NCBI GenBank assembly: GCA_963764165.1
Contig: CAVXRD010000002.1
Span: forward strand, 3,072,001-3,136,000
Reading direction: 5' to 3'
Source: an uncultured Verrucomicrobiae bacterium
Lineage (GTDB): Bacteria > Verrucomicrobiota > Verrucomicrobiia > Limisphaerales > Palsa-1400
Length of the DNA: 64,000 nt
The notes under the pieces were generated by a model. The model was not told the origin of the DNA and did not search any database. It saw only the letters and a program-made list of their open reading frames with translations. Made by a program: the position numbers and the translations under genes. This document shows, in pieces, positions 58,784-64,000 of the stretch; the first letter of the stretch is position 1; each line of letters opens with the position of its first letter.

Positions 58784-58889
58784 AACGCGGGCCACCTTCG
58801 CGTTTCATCAAAATGACAGAGGTGCCACTGAAAACGGGCGGGTCCTTATATGTTGGGCCATGGGAGGCTTTTCTTGTCTTTTACACTTG

Positions 58890-58904
58890 GTATGATAATC
58901 ATAC
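58890..58904. promoter_or_regulatory. Palindromic operator of the TA operon
   Basis: GTATGAT-A-ATCATAC, ending 3 nt before the antitoxin ATG. Confidence 0.7.
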
Positions 58905-58907
58905 TCC

Positions 58908-59156
58908 ATGACGACAAACATTGGACAGCGGGGCCAGCTTGTGATTCCGAAGGCGATTCGGGCCAGCCGGAATATTGAACCTGGTGACGATTTTGAAGTG
59001 ACGGCGGACGAAGATGACTTCGATCTGATTTTGCTGCGCCGAATCCGGCCGCATGCGAACGCGGGGTTGGTGGACTGCCTCAGTGCCTGTCCCGTCAAAG
59101 GGCCACTTGTCAAACCGCCCCGGCAAGTCGAACCGATGAGGAAGATCACTCTGTGA
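58908..59156 (+). CDS. AbrB/MazE/SpoVT family antitoxin
   Basis: IGQRGQLVIPKAIR....IEPGD. Confidence 0.9.
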   Translation: MTTNIGQRGQLVIPKAIRASRNIEPGDDFEVTADEDDFDLILLRRIRPHANAGLVDCLSACPVKGPLVKPPRQVEPMRKITL

Positions 59157-59569
59157 ACTATCTTGTAGACACGAATGTCTTGTCCGAACCGCGGCAAAAG
59201 AGGCCTGAAACCAAAGTGGTGCAATGGCTGAAGGCCCACGAGTCCAACATTTACACCAGCGCTCTGGTCGCTGGAGAAATTCGTTTCGGGATCGAATTGC
59301 TTCCGGCCAACAGCGCCAAACGCGTGGCTCTGTTGAGTTGGTATGAGCGGCTCCTGGCGATTATGGCCGGACGGATCCTTTCGGTGAATGCACGGGTCGC
59401 TGAGGAATGGGCCAGATTGCAGGCGGAAGCCCAGGCCAAAAACCTTCTTTTGCCAACGGTTGACGGATTATTGGCCGCAACGGCGCGCCGGTACCAATTG
59501 ACTGTCGCCACGGCCAATGTGAAGGACTTCAAAGCTGCTGGTGTTAAAGTATTCAATCCTTTCGATTGA
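59153..59569 (+). CDS. vapC: VapC (PIN domain) toxin
   Basis: YLVDTNVLSE, EIRFG, DGLLAATA, ATANVKDF, NPF; GTGA overlap with the antitoxin. Confidence 0.93.
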   Translation: MNYLVDTNVLSEPRQKRPETKVVQWLKAHESNIYTSALVAGEIRFGIELLPANSAKRVALLSWYERLLAIMAGRILSVNARVAEEWARLQAEAQAKNLLLPTVDGLLAATARRYQLTVATANVKDFKAAGVKVFNPFD

Positions 59570-59580
59570 CTCACCGCAAA

Positions 59581-59613
59581 ACGAGGGTTCGATTCCCTTC
59601 GCCCCGCTCTCCA
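59581..59613 (+). other. Degenerate tRNA 3'-end fragment (tRNA-Gly-like; possible att-site relic)
   Basis: ACGAGGGTTCGATTCCCTTCGCCCCGCTCTCCA is a T-arm plus acceptor 3' strand and CCA, with no 5' half. Confidence 0.65.
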
Positions 59614-59627
59614 ATGTTGTTCAAAGT

Positions 59628-60836
59628 TTAAAAGTGCGTCGGAATCCAGCCGATGGTGCGGTCCATATAAGTTGGCGCGCCGGGGTGCTTGTTGCGCAGA
59701 TTCAGCTCGAAAAGAATCCCAATCGTTTGCGCGCCCCGGCCATTGGATCGAATTGCCTCAAAACCGTAGCCGTAATTAAGCATCGCCTGCCATGCCCCCG
59801 AGGGAGCCTTGTATCCGAACGCCAGTCCCACCCCGGAATTGAAGGCGTCGGATTGCTGCATTCCGGGCAGGTAATCCACCGCCGCCACTGCGCCCATGGG
59901 CGTGATATTCCACGTGTTTTCCGCGTTCAGCGGGATGGTGTATTGGCCATTGAAGCAAACAAAATTGCGCGCGCTCAATTCCTGGTAAAAATAGCCTGGA
60001 ATCAGCAGCGGGAACTCCGAAGCCAACGGGAGCGAGCCACCCAGCCGATAAGCGCTGAAGCGGTCGGCCCGGCCGCTGGTGCCTGCGGTGAAGTTGACCG
60101 CAAAATTCTGTTTCGACTCAGGCATGGTATAAACCAGCAGGGACCGCATCCACCACAAATCCGATTCATTCTGCAACATCCGGTCGCCGTCGACTCCGTA
60201 AGCGCCGGAATCGGTGCGGTATTGGCCTTCATACCAAACGGAAATTTCCCCGGCCAGTTCCGGGGTCAAGAGCGGCTCGCGGCCGCCCAATCGCAAACCA
60301 GCCCTCCAACTAAACGTCGAATGGTCATGGGGCAAATCAAAATTGGCCGCAGTTTCGTCGGTTCGATCGTAGTCGGAAAAGTGTTCCTTTACGCGCAGCA
60401 CTCCGAACAGCGGTATCCGCTGGCTGGGATTAAACGTATGATAAAGCGATAGGGAAGCTTCGGCGCTGTCGCCGTTAAAGGACTGCTCCGGGAAGTATTT
60501 GCCGTGTTGGTATTCGTAATAGTTGTCGGCGAAACCGCCGCCAGCCAAACCGATTCCCAAGTCCGTATGCGGCCCGAGCAGCCCAACAATCCCGAGTTCC
60601 GAGTCAAGATACACCGGCGCGAGAGCAAGCCTCAGCGTCAGATTGGTGCGGTAAAAATCGGGCTCGTTCAGGTAATAATATCCGTAGGCGGCCACCGGGG
60701 ACGCGCCTTGCGTCGATTGCGTGCCGCCAAACTGGATAAGCTCGCGCCGTTCAGGGTCGACCTGTCCGCTGGCCGAGCCGGCCAGGCCGCAAATGGCAAC
60801 AATACCCGCGAGCAGAAGCCCACTGTAGTTTCGCAT
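59628..60836 (-). CDS. Putative outer-membrane beta-barrel protein
   Basis: Signal peptide, many aromatic amphipathic strands, YRLGG...IPGY loop reminiscent of Omp85-type barrels, terminal Phe. Confidence 0.7.
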   Translation of the reverse strand: MRNYSGLLLAGIVAICGLAGSASGQVDPERRELIQFGGTQSTQGASPVAAYGYYYLNEPDFYRTNLTLRLALAPVYLDSELGIVGLLGPHTDLGIGLAGGGFADNYYEYQHGKYFPEQSFNGDSAEASLSLYHTFNPSQRIPLFGVLRVKEHFSDYDRTDETAANFDLPHDHSTFSWRAGLRLGGREPLLTPELAGEISVWYEGQYRTDSGAYGVDGDRMLQNESDLWWMRSLLVYTMPESKQNFAVNFTAGTSGRADRFSAYRLGGSLPLASEFPLLIPGYFYQELSARNFVCFNGQYTIPLNAENTWNITPMGAVAAVDYLPGMQQSDAFNSGVGLAFGYKAPSGAWQAMLNYGYGFEAIRSNGRGAQTIGILFELNLRNKHPGAPTYMDRTIGWIPTHF

Positions 60837-60959
60837 GGCCCCATTTAGACACAGTTTCCGAAAGGCGCAAGCGGGTTAACGAAGCCTGTCAACCATTCGG
60901 CGCTTCTTTTATGGGCTTGGCCGGGGAAGCGTCAGCCGGACCTCAGATCTTTGAAATTA

Positions 60960-61046
60960 AACAGGAGGAAACCGAGAGGACCGAGAAAAATGCCCTTAGC
61001 CCAGCGATGATTTTCTCATCTCCGTTCCCTCGGTCTTCCTCCCGTT
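60960..61046. repeat. Imperfect inverted repeat of purine-rich 9-mers
   Basis: AACAGGAGGAAACCGAGAGGACCGAGA ... TCTCCGTTCCCTCGGTCTTCCTCCCGTT. Confidence 0.6.
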
Positions 61047-61114
61047 CAAATTTTTCAAATCCCGAAATTCCTGTTTCCTTTTCGGGAATCGACCGTCTAA
61101 TCTGGCAGACACCT

Positions 61115-62146
61115 ATGCCACAGAAATATAAGTTTTGTTTCGGACCCTGGAACATCAGCGAAGGCACGGATCCTTATGGGCCTCCCACCCGCGCGCCCAA
61201 GACGTTTGATTGGAAGCTGGAGGCGATGAAGAATCTTGGCTTCGATGCCATGATGTTTCACGACGATGATGTCGTTCCTGATATTGACACGAAATCGCCG
61301 AGGCAAATCCTGGCCGAGGCCAAGGAAGTCAAAAAGAAATTATCGGATGCGGGGCTGGTGGCCGAGATGGTGGCGCCGCGCCTTTGGTTTTCGCCCAACA
61401 CGATCGACGGCGCTTACACCAGCAACAATGTGGCCCATCGGCAGTACGCCATCGACCGCTCGCTGCGCTGCATCGAGATTGCCAAGGTGCTCGGCACCGA
61501 TGTGATTGTGCTGTGGCTGGCGCGCGAAGGCACTTACATGCGCGAATCCAAGAGCGGGCGGCAAAGCATCGAACTGCTTGTTTCGGCATTTGACAAAATG
61601 CTGGGCGCGGACAAAAAAATCCGCCTCGCCATCGAGCCGAAACCCAATGAGCCGATGGACCATGCCTATCTTCCGACCATCGGCCACGCGCTGGCGGTGG
61701 CGCATTTGACCCGCGATCCAAAACGCGTGGGCTGCGTGATCGAAAGCGCGCACGCCATTCTGGCAGGGCTTGATCCGGCGGATGAAATTGACTTCGCGAT
61801 GAGCTTCAACAAACTGTGGTCGCTGCATTTGAACGACCAGAACGGATTGAAATTTGACCAGGACAAACCGTTCGGCAGCGCCAATCTTCGCGTCGCGTTC
61901 AACCAGGTTCGCGCGCTCGAACGGAACCACTACGGGAGCGACGGCCAGTTTGTTTGCTTTGATGTGCATCCATTCCGAACGACAAAAGAAGAGCATTGGC
62001 TGGCGCATTTGGACAACAGCCGCAAGACGTTTCTGCGCCTGCTGGAAAAATCGCGAAGCTTCGACGAGAAGCGCGCCAAAGCTTTGATTTCCAACCGCGA
62101 TTACCAGGGGTTGGACCAAATGATGATCGAGCATTTGCTCGGCTAG
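61115..62146 (+). CDS. Xylose isomerase-like TIM-barrel sugar isomerase
   Basis: FCFGPW...DPYG, FHDDD, W.AREG, IEPKPNEP, E.AH, KFDQD, FD. Confidence 0.88.
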   Translation: MPQKYKFCFGPWNISEGTDPYGPPTRAPKTFDWKLEAMKNLGFDAMMFHDDDVVPDIDTKSPRQILAEAKEVKKKLSDAGLVAEMVAPRLWFSPNTIDGAYTSNNVAHRQYAIDRSLRCIEIAKVLGTDVIVLWLAREGTYMRESKSGRQSIELLVSAFDKMLGADKKIRLAIEPKPNEPMDHAYLPTIGHALAVAHLTRDPKRVGCVIESAHAILAGLDPADEIDFAMSFNKLWSLHLNDQNGLKFDQDKPFGSANLRVAFNQVRALERNHYGSDGQFVCFDVHPFRTTKEEHWLAHLDNSRKTFLRLLEKSRSFDEKRAKALISNRDYQGLDQMMIEHLLG

Positions 62147-62187
62147 CGCAGAGACTCGACGCGCGCCAGAAGGAGCCCGCACGAAGC

Positions 62188-64000
62188 TCAGGGTCCCACC
62201 GAAAGGGCTACGCGGTAATATTCCGGCGAGCCCGCACTGATCGTCTCGGATGCGCTCACAACGCCGCCCGTGCCAGCAATCGCCGAGCCCACATTGGCCC
62301 ATTGCGGATGATTTAGATTCGACGTCACTTGCACCTGATACAAGGCGTTGGCCAAACTGCTCCAGGAAAAGTTGATCGCGCCCGCCGCATGAGTGACCGC
62401 TTCCAAAACCGGCGCGGGAACAGTCTCGACGCTGACGTCGTCCAGCCCAAAAGCCGCAGGCACGTTGTAGAAATCGAACTCCAGCGTGGCGCTGGCCGAG
62501 GTGGCGTGAACAACAAATTGCATATTGGTCCACGCCACGGCGTCCATATTGGTCTGGGCAAAAAGAATAGAACCGTCCCAAATCGCCGCGAAATTGTTCG
62601 GCGTGGTCGATCCGTCGGAAGCGACGCTGGTAAACCAAAACGACACCAGATATTGGCGGCCCGGCGTTGTCGCCACCGTTTGCGAGAGCGATCCTTCCGG
62701 CGGCTCGCCATTCCAGTCAAATTGGCCAAGGTAGCCGCCGTATATTCCACTATGCACAAAGTCCCAATCCGGGACGTCCTGGAGCGCGTTGGTGCCGGCC
62801 ACGTCCACATCGTCGCCAGCCAGCGCGAAGACAAGGGCCGGGTCGCCGTTCAAAGTCCAGTCCGTCAGGTCGCCCGTTTCAAATCCTCCGTTGCCAACGT
62901 ATAAATCAAATTCGCGGTTTTGAACTGTGTCGGAAGTTTGGTCAAGAATGGTGATGTTCCCGCTGGGGCTGCCAATCAACAGATCGTTCGCCGCAGAGCT
63001 GAGGCTCACTGTCACCGTCGACACTCCGCCGGGCTGAAGCGTTCCGGAGGAAGCCGTAACAGCCAGCCAACTGGAAGTATTGACGAGGCTCCAATTCAAA
63101 GGCGAGTCTCCGATGTTTGACAGCGTGAATGCCTGCGACGTGACCGAAAACGGCCCCTGCCCGGGACCGAACGAAGCAAAGCCAATCGGCGGCGTCACGA
63201 GCAGGTTTTCAACTGGCGGGGCCAGGATGGCGTTGATCAGGTTGCTGCCCGTGGGCGAGCCCCAACCCGTGCAGAGATCATAACCCGCCACGGCCGCGAA
63301 CCGGCTCGGATTGCTTGGGGTGTAATTATTCCCTGTCTTTACGTCATGGAAGCAGGCGCTGTATCGGGAGCTTTTGCCAATGGCATAGAGCGCGGGATTC
63401 GCAAAACCCACCCGCGGCTGGCCATTGGCAGCCGCTTGCTGGTTCACCAGGGCCATGAAGCTGGCCCACAACGGTGTGGCCAGGCTCGTGCCCGCCTCGG
63501 GAAGATCAATCGACTCACCGATCAAGTCATTTCCCCAAACAACGTCCACGTTGTTGGCCACCATGGCCACGTCTGGAAGATTTCTCATGGTCGTTGATCC
63601 CTTATTGGCCGTCATGCTGATGCCTTGCTGCCACACGGGCATTGGGTAAGCGAGACTGATGCCGCCTCCGGAAGCAGCCTCAGGAGTGTTCCCGAAAAGC
63701 GGGTCCTGCGACGCGGGAGTAAGCCAGACGGTCTCCGAAGTCCAGGCACCCGAGCTGGACGTCGACAGCGTCGTGCCGCCCACGACAGTAAGGTAGGGAT
63801 CATCCGCCGGTTCGTCGATGGAGGCGGGATAGGCGCCGGAGTCGCCGCTCCCCGTGAACATGCTCTGCCCTTGCACCGCGAATTGCTGGAAAATTTGAAC
63901 GGTCGACAAATTAATATCCATCTCGTACGAGCAGCTAATCTGACTGGCCAGATTGTCGGTGGCTATTTGGTTGAAAACGTCGTTGATCTGGGCGGTCGTC
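62188..64000 (-). CDS. S53 (sedolisin/kumamolisin) peptidase with accessory beta domains (3' part; start outside window)
   Basis: SGDSGA, VGGTTL, SGGGIS, RNLPDVA, GTSLATPLWA, GYDLCTGWGSP; then a BACON-like domain, an NGGFETG domain and the conserved C-terminal domain. Confidence 0.92.
   Translation of the reverse strand, partial: TTAQINDVFNQIATDNLASQISCSYEMDINLSTVQIFQQFAVQGQSMFTGSGDSGAYPASIDEPADDPYLTVVGGTTLSTSSSGAWTSETVWLTPASQDPLFGNTPEAASGGGISLAYPMPVWQQGISMTANKGSTTMRNLPDVAMVANNVDVVWGNDLIGESIDLPEAGTSLATPLWASFMALVNQQAAANGQPRVGFANPALYAIGKSSRYSACFHDVKTGNNYTPSNPSRFAAVAGYDLCTGWGSPTGSNLINAILAPPVENLLVTPPIGFASFGPGQGPFSVTSQAFTLSNIGDSPLNWSLVNTSSWLAVTASSGTLQPGGVSTVTVSLSSAANDLLIGSPSGNITILDQTSDTVQNREFDLYVGNGGFETGDLTDWTLNGDPALVFALAGDDVDVAGTNALQDVPDWDFVHSGIYGGYLGQFDWNGEPPEGSLSQTVATTPGRQYLVSFWFTSVASDGSTTPNNFAAIWDGSILFAQTNMDAVAWTNMQFVVHATSASATLEFDFYNVPAAFGLDDVSVETVPAPVLEAVTHAAGAINFSWSSLANALYQVQVTSNLNHPQWANVGSAIAGTGGVVSASETISAGSPEYYRVALSVGP

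Noticed and set aside
59570..59613. Possible complete tRNA gene
   Set aside because: Only the T-arm and 3' acceptor strand are present; the upstream sequence is the vapC end, with no D or anticodon arm.

Overview
A GC-rich bacterial chromosomal segment, most likely Verrucomicrobiota subdivision 3 (Pedosphaerales/Limisphaerales). This taxon call is inferred from the H-X9-DG prepilin-like genes, large Ig/LamG/DUF11 exoproteins and the DUF1501/DUF1800 pair. Housekeeping genes include nusA (partial), uvrD, alkA, tRNA-Arg(ACG), gcvT/gcvH, lspA, an RluA-family synthase, DAHP synthase, pilT, thiG, rfaE1, panB, moaC, mog, rhaD and a GH57 branching enzyme. They are interspersed with four very large secreted proteins, three prepilin-like genes, two toxin-antitoxin loci and many short repeats. 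No CRISPR array, rRNA, intact transposase or prophage was seen. Best leads: (1) exported proteins show a strongly asymmetric Thr-Asn dipeptide bias, possibly an unknown modification sequon; (2) four unrelated exoproteins share a C-terminal ~60-80 aa domain that may be a sorting signal, and two of them sit beside H-X9-DG prepilins; (3) a divergent prepilin / Ig-protein / histidine-phosphatase locus carries bidirectional 11-bp-phased Pho-box-like repeats; (4) ISL3-type MITEs with 8-bp target duplications carry different cargo, and one is nested in an iteron-like dispersed repeat; (5) palindromic REP-like elements are read in frame within two signal peptides. All product calls come from motif recognition by eye; no database search was run. 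Many start codons were re-chosen relative to the ORF track.
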